Positions 10,763-20,035 of a DNA stretch of 64,000 nucleotides are shown here, one piece after another. The notes under the pieces were generated by a model. It was not told the DNA's origin and did not search any database. It saw only the letters and a program-made list of their open reading frames with translations. Position 1 is the first letter of the stretch, and each line of letters opens with the position of its first letter. Origin of the DNA: Bacteroidales bacterium (GTDB taxonomy: Bacteria; Bacteroidota; Bacteroidia; Bacteroidales; VadinHA17); assembly GCA_025454795.1 (NCBI GenBank), contig JALONT010000007.1:550-64549 (forward strand), in the 5' to 3' direction. A program made the translations under genes and the position numbers.

Positions 10763-11251
10763 TCATTTCTCCATTTCCTGTTGCAAGGCAGCCATCTTTA
10801 TAGCTGTGACAGCTGCTTCATCACCTTTGTTTCCATGTATGCCACCGGCTCTCTCAGCAGCCTGCTCATATGTGTTGGTTGTAAGAACTCCGAAGATAAA
10901 CGGCAGGTTATAATCGAGATTAAGCTGTGTTATACCATATGTTACTCCCTGACAGATATATTTAAAATGAGGAGTTTCTCCCTGTATCACACAACCCAGG
11001 CAGATCACTGCATCAAGGTCATCGTATTCTGCAAGGATCTGGGCCCCCATTGTAAGCTCAAAACTTCCGGGAACATGTTTTATTACAATATTCTTATCAG
11101 CGGCTCCATGTTTTTTTAATGTATTAACAGCACCGTCAAGGAGAGACCAGGTGACTTCTTTGTTCCAGTCAGAAACAACAATTCCAAACCGCATATTTCC
11201 GGCATCCGGAATACTATCCGGATCATAGGCAGATAAATTGGCTGTGGCCAT
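10763..11251 (-). CDS. ribH: 6,7-dimethyl-8-ribityllumazine synthase
   Basis: [15 protein letters not shown].., [28 protein letters not shown]: a typical RibH. Confidence 0.9.
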   Translation of the reverse strand: MATANLSAYDPDSIPDAGNMRFGIVVSDWNKEVTWSLLDGAVNTLKKHGAADKNIVIKHVPGSFELTMGAQILAEYDDLDAVICLGCVIQGETPHFKYICQGVTYGITQLNLDYNLPFIFGVLTTNTYEQAAERAGGIHGNKGDEAAVTAIKMAALQQEMEK

Positions 11252-11252
11252 T

Positions 11253-11939
11253 CTACTTTATGAGAATCTTTACTCTGGCTAAGTATTTTTCAATTGACAT
11301 TCCTTCTGTGCTTTCAGGATACTCAGTCTGGATCCGTTCGTAGATCTTAAGGACTTCAGAATAATTGCCGCTAAGTTCATGTATTTCACCGGCTTTCATC
11401 AGGAATAACGGGGTGTTGAATGAGTTATCTGCATAATCAGCTGCTTCAATATATTTTGCAACTCCCTTTTCAGTATCTCCAAGTTCAACGTAAGCGTCCC
11501 CGATAGCTCCGATTGCAAGAGATCCGAGGACTTTATCTTTCTTTGAGTATTTTTCAAGCATATCTATTGCATCCTGGTACTTACCAAGATGAAGAAAGCA
11601 AATACCTGCACTGTAACGTGCCAGGTTACCGGAGGCTGTGAATTTGTAGTCACTTGCTATATCGAGGAAACCAAGGTAGTTTCCGTCACCATTCAGGGCA
11701 AGCTTAAGAGAATCCATTTCCAGGTATCTTTCAGCCTGGTACATCTGCGACTGTGCCTCATTGTTTCTCTTGCTCAGGTATATCTTTCCAAGCCAGAACA
11801 ATCCGACAAGGACAACAATAACAACTAGTCCAATAAGTAATGCTCTGTAATTCTGCTCCAGAAACTGTTCTGTTTTTGTCAGTGTCTCCTCAACGTTCTT
11901 CAGGCTCTGCGGATTCTCATCCTTAGTTTTCTTTGCCAT
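11253..11939 (-). CDS. Membrane-anchored TPR-like protein (YfgM-like), co-transcribed with ribH
   Basis: Single TM ([17 protein letters not shown]) followed by a helical-repeat region. A 1-nt gap separates it from ribH. Confidence 0.6.
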   Translation of the reverse strand: MAKKTKDENPQSLKNVEETLTKTEQFLEQNYRALLIGLVVIVVLVGLFWLGKIYLSKRNNEAQSQMYQAERYLEMDSLKLALNGDGNYLGFLDIASDYKFTASGNLARYSAGICFLHLGKYQDAIDMLEKYSKKDKVLGSLAIGAIGDAYVELGDTEKGVAKYIEAADYADNSFNTPLFLMKAGEIHELSGNYSEVLKIYERIQTEYPESTEGMSIEKYLARVKILIK

Positions 11940-11978
11940 ATCAGGTTTTAATTTTTTTTACTTCAAAATTTACCACCG

Positions 11979-11986
11979 CAAAAGTA
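11979..11986 (-). promoter_or_regulatory. Bacteroidota -7 box TACTTTTG for the TPR-ribH operon
   Basis: Exact TAnnTTTG on the minus strand, 40 nt upstream of ATG 11939. It has the same extended TACTTTTGCGG form as the box upstream of rpsF. Confidence 0.5.
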
Positions 11987-12103
11987 ATTGTTTTCAATTT
12001 ATTTTAAAACAATTAATTAAAGAAAGGAAAAATATAATCTGCCATGATAAATAACAGATTACCAGTTAGATAAAATTATTTTATGGTCAAACAATTCTTT
12101 TAG

Positions 12104-12111
12104 TAACTTTG
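12104..12111 (+). promoter_or_regulatory. Possible -7 box TAACTTTG upstream of recF (distant)
   Basis: Exact TAnnTTTG, but 123 nt before ATG 12234. Confidence 0.25.
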
Positions 12112-12192
12112 TATTAATTATAGAACCTTATATAATATGACCGATTACTTGTAAGAATTAGAATTTTAAAATTATAGAATAAAACAATTACA

Positions 12193-12218
12193 CCGTTGCG
12201 CCATTGCGCCATTGCACC
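12193..12218. repeat. 8-bp tandem repeat CCGTTGCG CCATTGCG CCATTGCA CC
   Basis: Read directly. This is a GC-rich island in an AT-rich spacer and ends 16 nt before the recF ATG. Confidence 0.7.
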
Positions 12219-12233
12219 TTAATACCGTTAACT

Positions 12234-13352
12234 ATGTATCTGAAGAAACTCACACTTACAAACTTTAAAAACTATAATCAGACTGGACTTGAATTCTCCC
12301 CCAAAATAAACTGCTTTGTCGGAAATAATGGTGTGGGGAAAACAAACATTCTGGATGCAATACACTATCTGTCGCTTACAAAAAGTTTCTTCAATAATAT
12401 CGATAGCATAAACATCCGCCATGGGGAAGACTATTTTATCATAGAGGGGATATTCGATTCTAAGGGAGAGGAAGATAAGATATATTGCGCATTTCAAAAG
12501 CAAAAGCAAAAGGTGCTTAAGAAAAACGATAAAGAGTACCAGCGACTATCCGATCATGTGGGGAAATACCCGGTTGTAATGATGTCCCCTGCCGACAACG
12601 CGCTCATTTCTGAGGGTAGTGAAGAGAGACGTAAGTTCCTGAACAAGATAATCAGCCAGTATAATGCTGAGTATCTGGATTCGGTTTTAAAATATAATAA
12701 AGCCCTGCAGCAGAGAAACAAACTTCTGAAAGATTTCAAATCGACCGGAAGATTCGACACCGATACACTGTCCATCTGGGATTCACAACTGGTGAAATAC
12801 GGAACATATGTTTTCAGGGAGAGAGTCCATCTGGTTGAAGAACTGATACCGGTATTTCAGGAACATTATTCGATGATTTCATCCGGGAAAGAAAAAGTAA
12901 AACTAACTTACAGGTCGCACCTGTCGGAAGGCGATTTTAGTGAAGCCCTTCTGAATTCTGTAACAAAAGACCGTTTCCTTGAATACACTACAACAGGCAT
13001 TCATAAAGATGATCTGCTCCTGGAGATGAACGGGCATTCTGTTAAATCGATTGGGTCTCAGGGCCAGAAGAAATCGTACCTGGTAGCTCTGAAGCTTGCA
13101 AAATTCGATTACATAAGACGAAAGGCAGGGCTCTCACCAATCCTCCTTCTTGATGATATATTCGATAAATTTGATATTGACCGTGTTGAACAGATAATCA
13201 GGCTTGTCGGAAATCGTAGGTTCGGTCAGATCTTTATTACGGATACTCACCAGAGCAGGTTGCATGATATCCTTGCGTCGCATAAAACTGATTATAAGCT
13301 CTTCAGAATAAATAATGATGCTGTAGAGGAGGTAGTTCAAAACGGAAAATAA
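12234..13352 (+). CDS. recF: DNA replication/repair protein RecF
   Basis: MYLKKLTLTNFKNY..GNNGVGKTNILDA Walker A and LLLDDIFDKFD Walker B. The ATG at 12234 is preferred over the listed TTG at 12204, which reads through the tandem repeat. Confidence 0.9.
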   Translation: MYLKKLTLTNFKNYNQTGLEFSPKINCFVGNNGVGKTNILDAIHYLSLTKSFFNNIDSINIRHGEDYFIIEGIFDSKGEEDKIYCAFQKQKQKVLKKNDKEYQRLSDHVGKYPVVMMSPADNALISEGSEERRKFLNKIISQYNAEYLDSVLKYNKALQQRNKLLKDFKSTGRFDTDTLSIWDSQLVKYGTYVFRERVHLVEELIPVFQEHYSMISSGKEKVKLTYRSHLSEGDFSEALLNSVTKDRFLEYTTTGIHKDDLLLEMNGHSVKSIGSQGQKKSYLVALKLAKFDYIRRKAGLSPILLLDDIFDKFDIDRVEQIIRLVGNRRFGQIFITDTHQSRLHDILASHKTDYKLFRINNDAVEEVVQNGK

Positions 13353-13357
13353 TCCAG

Positions 13358-13648
13358 ATGAGACGAAACAAGACAATATCACTGGCAGAGGCAATGAAGG
13401 ATTATATAAGGGAGATGCACCTTGAAGGCAAGCTGAGTGAGATCGGTGTAATTAACTCATGGGAAGAGACTGTCGGAAAAGCAATAGCCTTGCGCACATC
13501 AAAGCTTTTTATAAAGGATCATATTCTGTATGTTCATCTCAGTTCTTCTGTCGTAAGGAATGAGCTGCTTATGCTCCGGCAGGAACTGAAGGAAAAACTT
13601 AATGAAAAAGCAGGTAGTGAAGTTATTAAGGATATAGTGCTGAAATAG
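13358..13648 (+). CDS. DUF721-family small protein (commonly follows recF)
   Basis: 96 aa, 5 nt after recF. The sequence pattern SWEETVGK..LYV..SS.V..EL is typical of DUF721. Confidence 0.7.
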   Translation: MRRNKTISLAEAMKDYIREMHLEGKLSEIGVINSWEETVGKAIALRTSKLFIKDHILYVHLSSSVVRNELLMLRQELKEKLNEKAGSEVIKDIVLK

Positions 13649-13650
13649 TC

Positions 13651-13701
13651 AGGCCCCACAATCCCCTCCCGCCGAAACGGGACAGGCTCTGAAGGGGGTT
13701 G
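13651..13701. repeat. GC-rich repeat: 20-mer AGGCCCCACAATCCCCTCCC plus a nested hairpin
   Basis: The 20-mer recurs, inverted, at 60364-60382 with one indel. The stem CAATCCCCT (13659-13667) / AGGGGGTTG (13693-13701) contains one T-G wobble. The inner stem is CCCG/CGGG with loop CCGAAA. Confidence 0.7.
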
Positions 13702-13746
13702 ATTCAAAATGGTTTCTGACCCATCTTAGGAGGTAAAGTTGTTTTA

Positions 13747-15495
13747 TTATTTGATAGTGTAGGTGTTCCCTGTAATGTTTATTGACTTTTTAAAAGATTT
13801 TGTAGAAGAGAAATTATAAACTTCCCCATTGTAGTTTAGCCTGACTTTCCTGTTTCCGATCTCCACTGTTATAACTGAAGAAATATCTTTCCCGATTATA
13901 TAATCGGCCATAAGCAACGCTTTTTCAATCCCGTCTCCGCGCCCGAAGTTCCACACCTCATCCGGTAGGGCAAGCCTTTTGTCATCATAAATTGACTCAT
14001 CGGGCATCTCTGAGAGAATTTTAAAAACCTCATTCAGCTTCTTCCCGTTCAGATCGTTAAAACATACCGGGTTCCTCTCAATTGCTGCCTTAAGGAACGG
14101 CAGCCAGCTTATCTTATCCATCTCCCTGTAAACATAAAGGGTGATAAGTGATGTCTCTGAAGTACCGGCATGGCTCAATATAGACGCTACAATATCCTCC
14201 CTGCTGTTTTCAGGTGTAATTAACGGCACACTTGTTTCCAGATACTTTTTATTCACATCAGGTATGTTCGGATCAGTCCTGATAAAAGTTTTAATGTCGT
14301 TGAACATCTCATGAATGATCTGCTTTGGGATTTGTCCGCATAAAAGAATAAACTGATCCTCTGTTTCCTGCAGGTCTTTTCCATGGTGCCTGTCAAGCAA
14401 ATCTTCAATGTCATTAAGCATTATTTTCCCCTGCAAAGGGCTAAGATGAAATTCGTCTCCTTCGATTTCCCTGATAAGATGAGCTCGCGTCTCAGCCGAG
14501 ACATTGAATTTACTGGTATGTTCATATTCAAACATCTTTTCCAGTGAGATATATCTCTTCTTCCCGGAGCACTCACATTCAAACTGGAAAAGGGATTTAT
14601 ATTTCGATTTGAACCTCAGAAAGTTAATGAATATCAGTTTTGTAAGATCTGTAACAAGAAACTGTCTTAGCCTGTCAGAAAACAGATCATAGGCACTCCT
14701 GTCAATGGTAGCCTCATTATAAATAGTATGAATAAATCCTGAAATATGAGAAACAATGGTTACTTTTTCATTCTCAAGAGCCCTTCTCGCTTTCTCCGAA
14801 AGGGATGTTCCATTGAACCACATGTTTTTCGTGACAATCCTCCGGTTGTTGGTTATAAGTCCCTCTTTTTCGATGACAAAGTTCTGAGAATGAAGTGGTG
14901 TTGCTATAAGAAATATTTTTTCGAGGGGGATCCTACCTACAACGAACATTGCTGAGGCGTAAAGTGACGATAATGAGACACATTCACCTGCACCGGTAGT
15001 GAAGTTTTCTTTGTGTCTGAAGGCAGTCATAGCTTCGATAGTTTCAGTTTTCCAGTATGGAATTATGTCAGAATTATATTTGTCGAGCCCGAAATGCTTT
15101 CTGATATCAATATCAAAATAATACTTGTCGCCTTCATAACCGAAAAGAGCGTTCGATTGACTCAGAACCTCCATGTCAAAAATACCGGAGAACCTTTCAA
15201 TTTCCCTGGTCTTTGAAGTAATGCCCCATGTTGACAGGTCGAGGTTGAAAACGTAGTTTTGTATAATGTACTGCTTTATTCTGTTTGACTTGAATGTAAA
15301 CCCCTTCTTATCGATATCAGCAAACCATGGATCCTTTCGCCATTCCCACAATAGAGGTGACATGATATTGGCAAGTACTAACGGATAAAATAGTTCCGGA
15401 AAAATAAAGATCTCCATATCGGAGAGTGTAAATGCTGACGAATACTTTTCAAGAGTTTTCTTATCTGAAAAGTCAGCAGAATATTTTGAAGTCAT
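13747..15495 (-). CDS. Uncharacterised 582-aa protein (possible papain/transglutaminase-like Cys-His core)
   Basis: Long ORF with no competing frame. The spacing GAGECVSLSSLYA ... x30 ... PLHSQNF ... x14 ... TNN resembles C-H-(D/N) triads; this is inference only. Confidence 0.6.
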   Translation of the reverse strand: MTSKYSADFSDKKTLEKYSSAFTLSDMEIFIFPELFYPLVLANIMSPLLWEWRKDPWFADIDKKGFTFKSNRIKQYIIQNYVFNLDLSTWGITSKTREIERFSGIFDMEVLSQSNALFGYEGDKYYFDIDIRKHFGLDKYNSDIIPYWKTETIEAMTAFRHKENFTTGAGECVSLSSLYASAMFVVGRIPLEKIFLIATPLHSQNFVIEKEGLITNNRRIVTKNMWFNGTSLSEKARRALENEKVTIVSHISGFIHTIYNEATIDRSAYDLFSDRLRQFLVTDLTKLIFINFLRFKSKYKSLFQFECECSGKKRYISLEKMFEYEHTSKFNVSAETRAHLIREIEGDEFHLSPLQGKIMLNDIEDLLDRHHGKDLQETEDQFILLCGQIPKQIIHEMFNDIKTFIRTDPNIPDVNKKYLETSVPLITPENSREDIVASILSHAGTSETSLITLYVYREMDKISWLPFLKAAIERNPVCFNDLNGKKLNEVFKILSEMPDESIYDDKRLALPDEVWNFGRGDGIEKALLMADYIIGKDISSVITVEIGNRKVRLNYNGEVYNFSSTKSFKKSINITGNTYTIK

Positions 15496-15548
15496 ATTTT
15501 TCTTTAAATCCTCTAATTCTAGTAACAGAAAACGGGATAGAATGTTTA

Positions 15549-15971
15549 TTAAAGGAATCTTTCAGAAGTAGAAAAGAAGAAATTTGCTTCTTTCTGTGCA
15601 TTCTCATCACTATCGGATCCGTGCACCGCATTCATCTGTACCGAAACTGCAAATGTTCTTCTGATAGTTCCCTGCTCAGCCTTATTGGGGTCTGTGGCTC
15701 CGATCAGTTTCCTGAATTCTTCAACGGCATTCTCATGTCTGAGGACCATTACCAAAACTGGACCGGATGTCATGAATTCAATAAGCCCTTCAAAAAATGG
15801 TTTACTCTTATGGACTTCATAGAACGATTCAGCCTGTTCCTTTGTCATTTTTATCATTTTCATTGCAGCAATCTCAAATCCTGCTTCATTGATCATAGCC
15901 ATAATAGGTCCTGACTTCCCGGTCCTCACTGCATTTGGCTTTATAATTGAAAATGTATAATCACCAATCAT
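15549..15971 (-). CDS. ndk: Nucleoside diphosphate kinase
   Basis: TFSIIKPNAV, GATDP and NAVHGSDS (active-site His) motifs. Confidence 0.9.
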   Translation of the reverse strand: MIGDYTFSIIKPNAVRTGKSGPIMAMINEAGFEIAAMKMIKMTKEQAESFYEVHKSKPFFEGLIEFMTSGPVLVMVLRHENAVEEFRKLIGATDPNKAEQGTIRRTFAVSVQMNAVHGSDSDENAQKEANFFFSTSERFL

Positions 15972-16056
15972 ATATTGTTGTTTTGTAATTGAATATTAGA
16001 ATTCTCACTTCAGGAATATTGTTTATCTTTACCCACTTAAAAAATGAGCAGCAAAA

Positions 16057-17082
16057 GTGTTAGAATTATCCAAATATACAAAAGAATTATCGAAATATTT
16101 CTCCACATCTGAGAATATCCTGCTTGTAGCCCATATAAATCCTGATGGTGATGCAATAGGGTCACAATTAGCACTCTATCATTATCTTAAGTCTATCGGG
16201 AAAAATGCATCTATGATCTCTCCCAATAACCTGCAGGAGTTCCTTAAGTGGATGGACGGGGCAGAGTTAATTGATGTTTTTATAAGGAACAGGGATAAAT
16301 GCAGGAAGCTGATCGGGAATGCAGATCTGATTATTATGCTTGACTTCAATCAGACTGACAGACTGGGAGAGGCTGAAGATCAGGTTATTTCTTCAACTGC
16401 CGGAAAGATTATCATTGATCATCACCTTAATCCTCAAAGCTTTACAGATTTAATAATTTCCGATCCTTCAAGGTGTTCAACTTCGGAGATCGTCTATGAG
16501 CTTGTCTCCATGCTCAATGAAGGTCATTTCAGAAGTAAACCGTTTGCTGAGGCCCTCTATACCGGTATTATTACCGATACCGGGAATTTTGAGCATGGCG
16601 CTTACACCAGCCGGACTTTAAGAATAGTTGCCGATCTGCTCGATTCCGGCATCGAAAAAGAAAAGATACTCAACCTGATCTATAATAATTTCTCGGCAGA
16701 GCGCATGAGGTTACAGGGTTTCGCACTTAACGAAAAAATGGTCATCCTGCCTGAATTCCAGACAGCATATATTATACTTACAAGGAAGGATCTTGAGATA
16801 TATAACCATGTTAAAGGAGATACCGAGGGATTTGTAAATATGCCTCTTTCAATTAAAGGGATTATTTTTTCAGCTCTCTTTATTGAAAAAGATGGATTCA
16901 TAAAACTTTCATTCCGTTCAAAGGGGAACTTTCCTGTCAATGAATTTGCATCTGAATATTTTCTGGGAGGCGGCCACCTGAATGCTTCCGGTGGTGAGTT
17001 TCCTGGTAATCTGGAGAGTGCTGTTGACTTTTTTCTGAAGACCCTCAGGGAAAATTTCATGAGGTTCAATAAGAATAATTAA
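16057..17082 (+). CDS. DHH/DHHA1 phosphoesterase (NrnA-like oligoribonuclease/pAp phosphatase)
   Basis: HINPDGDAIGS, IIIDHH and GGGHLNASGG motifs. GTG start. Confidence 0.8.
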   Translation: MLELSKYTKELSKYFSTSENILLVAHINPDGDAIGSQLALYHYLKSIGKNASMISPNNLQEFLKWMDGAELIDVFIRNRDKCRKLIGNADLIIMLDFNQTDRLGEAEDQVISSTAGKIIIDHHLNPQSFTDLIISDPSRCSTSEIVYELVSMLNEGHFRSKPFAEALYTGIITDTGNFEHGAYTSRTLRIVADLLDSGIEKEKILNLIYNNFSAERMRLQGFALNEKMVILPEFQTAYIILTRKDLEIYNHVKGDTEGFVNMPLSIKGIIFSALFIEKDGFIKLSFRSKGNFPVNEFASEYFLGGGHLNASGGEFPGNLESAVDFFLKTLRENFMRFNKNN

Positions 17083-17085
17083 ACG

Positions 17086-17604
17086 ATGATAATAAGATCC
17101 CTGATTATTTCGTTATTGTCACTGGTAATCTTTTCCTGTAATTCAGATCAGGGAAAGATCATCGAAAAATCCGGACCGGGTAAGAAAGAAATGTCTGATC
17201 TTAACAGGTATTTTGTTCAGAAAGACAGGGAACGGATTGAAAGCTATATCGGGAGGAAAAAACTAAAGATGACAGAATCGCCAACCGGACTCTGGTATGC
17301 AATATTGTCGGAGGGAAATGGTGATTATTTTACCGATAATGATAAAGTAATACTGGAATATGAGGTTGCTCTTCTTGACGGGACAAGTTGCTATTCTTCA
17401 AAAGAGCATGGGCCAAAAGAAGTTATCATCGGCAAAAGCGGGATGGAAGCTGGACTCAACCAGGGGTTGAGAATGCTGAAACCAGGAGGGGAGGCGATCT
17501 TCATAATGCCATCGTTTATGGCCTTTGGATTTACAGGCGACGGGAATAAGATCCCCGCAAGGGCAGTGATAGTGTACAATATTACTAATACACAGAAGAA
17601 TTGA
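17086..17604 (+). CDS. FKBP-type peptidyl-prolyl isomerase, lipoprotein-like signal
   Basis: Signal peptide ending in FSC, then an FKBP core (V.LEYEVALLDGT, GLNQGLRMLKPGGEA). Confidence 0.85.
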   Translation: MIIRSLIISLLSLVIFSCNSDQGKIIEKSGPGKKEMSDLNRYFVQKDRERIESYIGRKKLKMTESPTGLWYAILSEGNGDYFTDNDKVILEYEVALLDGTSCYSSKEHGPKEVIIGKSGMEAGLNQGLRMLKPGGEAIFIMPSFMAFGFTGDGNKIPARAVIVYNITNTQKN

Positions 17605-17643
17605 ATAATATTTTTTTCAGACTACACAAATAATTTTATAATC

Positions 17644-18138
17644 ATGATTCAAATGACAGAAAAAATCAGACTGGTTGTTGTGGCTGCTCTGGTTATTGTC
17701 TTAATGGCTTCCTGTGATCCTACTAAAAAATATGAAAAGGAGCAGAAAGAGGCAATTCAGAATTACCTTAATGATCACCCCGAACTTGAATTTGAATTGA
17801 AAGGGAGTGGATTGTATTACCTCGATATCATTGTTGGATCAGGCATGGCTGCGGCTATTCATGATACAGCTTATGTAATGTACAAAGGCACGTTTCTGGA
17901 TGGCTCCAAGCTGGATGAAAATTATGACGACAACGATACATTGATATTTCCTATCGGTGAAGGTTACACGATTCTTGGTTTTGACGAGGGAATTACATAT
18001 ATGAATGAAGGTGGCAAAGCAATGTTCCTTATGCCATCTCAGCTGGCTTTTGGCAATTTTAACTATTATATGCCTGCATATACACCTGTTGTGTACGAAG
18101 CCGAGCTGGCGAAGATCGTTCCATCTGGAGCGAAGTAG
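17644..18138 (+). CDS. FKBP-type peptidyl-prolyl isomerase, lipoprotein-like signal
   Basis: Signal peptide ending in MASC, then an FKBP core (YVMYKGTFLDGSKLD, GFDEGITYMNEGGKA). Confidence 0.85.
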   Translation: MIQMTEKIRLVVVAALVIVLMASCDPTKKYEKEQKEAIQNYLNDHPELEFELKGSGLYYLDIIVGSGMAAAIHDTAYVMYKGTFLDGSKLDENYDDNDTLIFPIGEGYTILGFDEGITYMNEGGKAMFLMPSQLAFGNFNYYMPAYTPVVYEAELAKIVPSGAK

Positions 18139-18140
18139 GC

Positions 18141-18839
18141 TTACTGCAGTACAAATACCACAAATCGGTCCTTCAGGTCCGGTATCTCTGATCTCCAGCC
18201 TGAAATACTCATTGTTCTTATCGATTCTGTCGGAAGAGTAATGTCCGTGGCAATGCACAGCAAAGTTTCTTTGCTACAGGTAGATAGAATTGTGTCAAGC
18301 ATTTTCTGATTTCTGTAAGGTGTCTCCATGAAGATCTGTGCATATCCTTCACGTGATCTTTTTTCAAGTTCTTTTAATCTTGACGCCCTCTCTTCAGGCT
18401 TAACCGGTAAATAGCCATTGAAGCAGAAATTCTGCCCGTTAAGTCCTGATGATATAAGAGCCATGATTATTGACGATGGACCGGCAAGAGGAGTAACCCT
18501 TATCTTTTTTTTGTGAGCGATTTCTATTAACCTGGCACCAGGATCTGCAATTCCTGGTAATCCCGCCTCGCTCATCAGTCCAATATCTGATCCGTTTATC
18601 GCAGGTTCAAGAAAATGGCTGATCTCCTTTTCCCCCGTATGCTCATTAAGTTCGAAGAAGACCGATTCATCAATGGGAAATGCTTTATCAATCAGCCTCA
18701 GAAATCTTCTTGCGGAGCGGATATTTTCGACAACAAAAAACCTTAATCCCCTGGTTACTTCAAGAACTTTTTCGGGAATCACATACCTGAAATCATCTCC
18801 TCCGAGGGTTACAGGTATCAGATAAATCTTTCCTGCCAC
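18141..18839 (-). CDS. RsmI-like SAM-dependent methyltransferase (tetrapyrrole-methylase fold)
   Basis: GKIYLIPVTLGG N-terminus and SEAGLPGIADPG motif. The listed ORF extends to 18875, but a TATATTTG -7 box lies inside that extension, so the GTG at 18839 (MAGKIYLIP) is the preferred start. Confidence 0.7.
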   Translation of the reverse strand: MAGKIYLIPVTLGGDDFRYVIPEKVLEVTRGLRFFVVENIRSARRFLRLIDKAFPIDESVFFELNEHTGEKEISHFLEPAINGSDIGLMSEAGLPGIADPGARLIEIAHKKKIRVTPLAGPSSIIMALISSGLNGQNFCFNGYLPVKPEERASRLKELEKRSREGYAQIFMETPYRNQKMLDTILSTCSKETLLCIATDITLPTESIRTMSISGWRSEIPDLKDRFVVFVLQ

Positions 18840-18854
18840 TTTCAATTGTTTTCT

Positions 18855-18862
18855 CAAATATA
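18855..18862 (-). promoter_or_regulatory. -7 box TATATTTG for the rsmI-like gene
   Basis: Exact TAnnTTTG on the minus strand, 16 nt upstream of GTG 18839. Confidence 0.4.
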
Positions 18863-18919
18863 ATAAAATAAACATGCAATAAAAAAGCTGTTCCTGTTGG
18901 CTGTTTTAGTTTTTTAATA

Positions 18920-18927
18920 TAGGTTTG
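18920..18927 (+). promoter_or_regulatory. -7 box TAGGTTTG for the MBL-fold hydrolase gene
   Basis: Exact TAnnTTTG, 19 nt upstream of GTG 18946. Confidence 0.45.
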
Positions 18928-18945
18928 TCATGAAATATTGTAAAA

Positions 18946-19713
18946 GTGAAGATAACCTTTCTTGGTACTGGAACCTCACAGGGTGTTCCTGTAATAGCCT
19001 GTGAATGTGATACATGTATTTCTAAAGATCCACATGATAAACGACTCAGAACTTCACTTCTTCTTGAAACGGATAATGTGACGCTACTCTTTGATGCCGG
19101 ACCCGATTTTCGTCAACAGATGTTAAGGGAAAAAATAAAGAAGCTGGATGCGATAATCATTACACATGAACACAAGGATCATATTGCCGGAATGGATGAT
19201 GTAAGGGCATTCAACTACAAAAGCCAGGCCGCTATTGATATTTATGCCGAAGAAAGAGTTCAGAAAGCAATAAAAAGAGAATTCTCCTATGTTTTTGCTG
19301 AATACCAGTATCCCGGGATTCCCAAAATGAGACTTAATGATATTCCAAAAGATGGTTTTTCAGTTAAAGGAGTAGTGATCACGCCTGTAAGAGTTCGTCA
19401 CCTGAACCTGGAGATCCTTGGTTTCAGGATTGGTAACTTTGCATATATAACTGATGCAAACTACATTCCTGAAGAGAGTAAGGAAAAGCTTATTGGTGTC
19501 AAGTACATGGTAATAAATGCCTTGAGAAAGGAGAAACATATTTCTCATTTCAACCTTCGTGAAGCCGTGGATTTTGTCAGGGAAATTTCCCCAAAAAAAG
19601 CTTTTATTACACATATCAGTCATCAGATGGGTCTGCATAAAAATGTTACGGAGGAACTACCCCCCGGAATTATGCTTGCTTATGACGGACTGAGTCTGGT
19701 TTGTGATGAATGA
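18946..19713 (+). CDS. MBL-fold metallo-hydrolase (PhnP-like)
   Basis: KITFLGTGTSQGVP and HEHKDH (HxHxDH) motifs. Confidence 0.85.
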   Translation: MKITFLGTGTSQGVPVIACECDTCISKDPHDKRLRTSLLLETDNVTLLFDAGPDFRQQMLREKIKKLDAIIITHEHKDHIAGMDDVRAFNYKSQAAIDIYAEERVQKAIKREFSYVFAEYQYPGIPKMRLNDIPKDGFSVKGVVITPVRVRHLNLEILGFRIGNFAYITDANYIPEESKEKLIGVKYMVINALRKEKHISHFNLREAVDFVREISPKKAFITHISHQMGLHKNVTEELPPGIMLAYDGLSLVCDE

Positions 19714-19724
19714 AGCAGTGATTA

Positions 19725-19931
19725 CTACTTCTTTTTATAGTTTTTTACCAGTTTTTTCTGATAACCTGTTGAAAAATAGTATCTGTTTCTTCCAAGCTGA
19801 GATGTGTTCACCCTTGATGCTCTTTTCCTTTTATCCTGGAACGGGTTCTGCCTGGCAGGAGCGCAACCGGTAAAGATTGCAATAGTAACAAAGATCAGAA
19901 GATACTTTAATATTTTGAGTGTATTAGACAT
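19725..19931 (-). CDS. Small basic lipoprotein (68 aa)
   Basis: Signal peptide with lipobox IFTGC, followed by a K/R-rich tail. No homology was recognised. Confidence 0.45.
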   Translation of the reverse strand: MSNTLKILKYLLIFVTIAIFTGCAPARQNPFQDKRKRASRVNTSQLGRNRYYFSTGYQKKLVKNYKKK

Positions 19932-20035
19932 TCTGAGTATCTGCTTATGGAATCTCCCCTAAAAATACAATTAATTTTATTAATAAAAAAACTGAGAAGT
20001 AGTCTTACACTCTTTAACGGGAAGTTTGAAGTGGG

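Noticed and set aside
10509-10913. 134-aa ORF spanning the channel gene end and the ribH end
   Set aside because: It overlaps two well-supported genes and crosses their convergent junction. No motif is present.
11252-11939. FMN riboswitch upstream of ribH
   Set aside because: ribH starts 1 nt after the upstream TPR gene stop, so there is no room for a leader. The operon leader at 11940-11986 is short and AT-rich.
12204-12233. Longer RecF start (MRHCTLIPLT...)
   Set aside because: The extension starts at a TTG inside the 8-mer tandem repeat. RecF homology begins at MYLKKLTLTNF.
13727-13749. AGGAGG followed by TTG on the plus strand after the DUF721 gene
   Set aside because: The downstream frame is only 7 codons before a stop, and it overlaps the 3' end of the 582-aa minus-strand gene.
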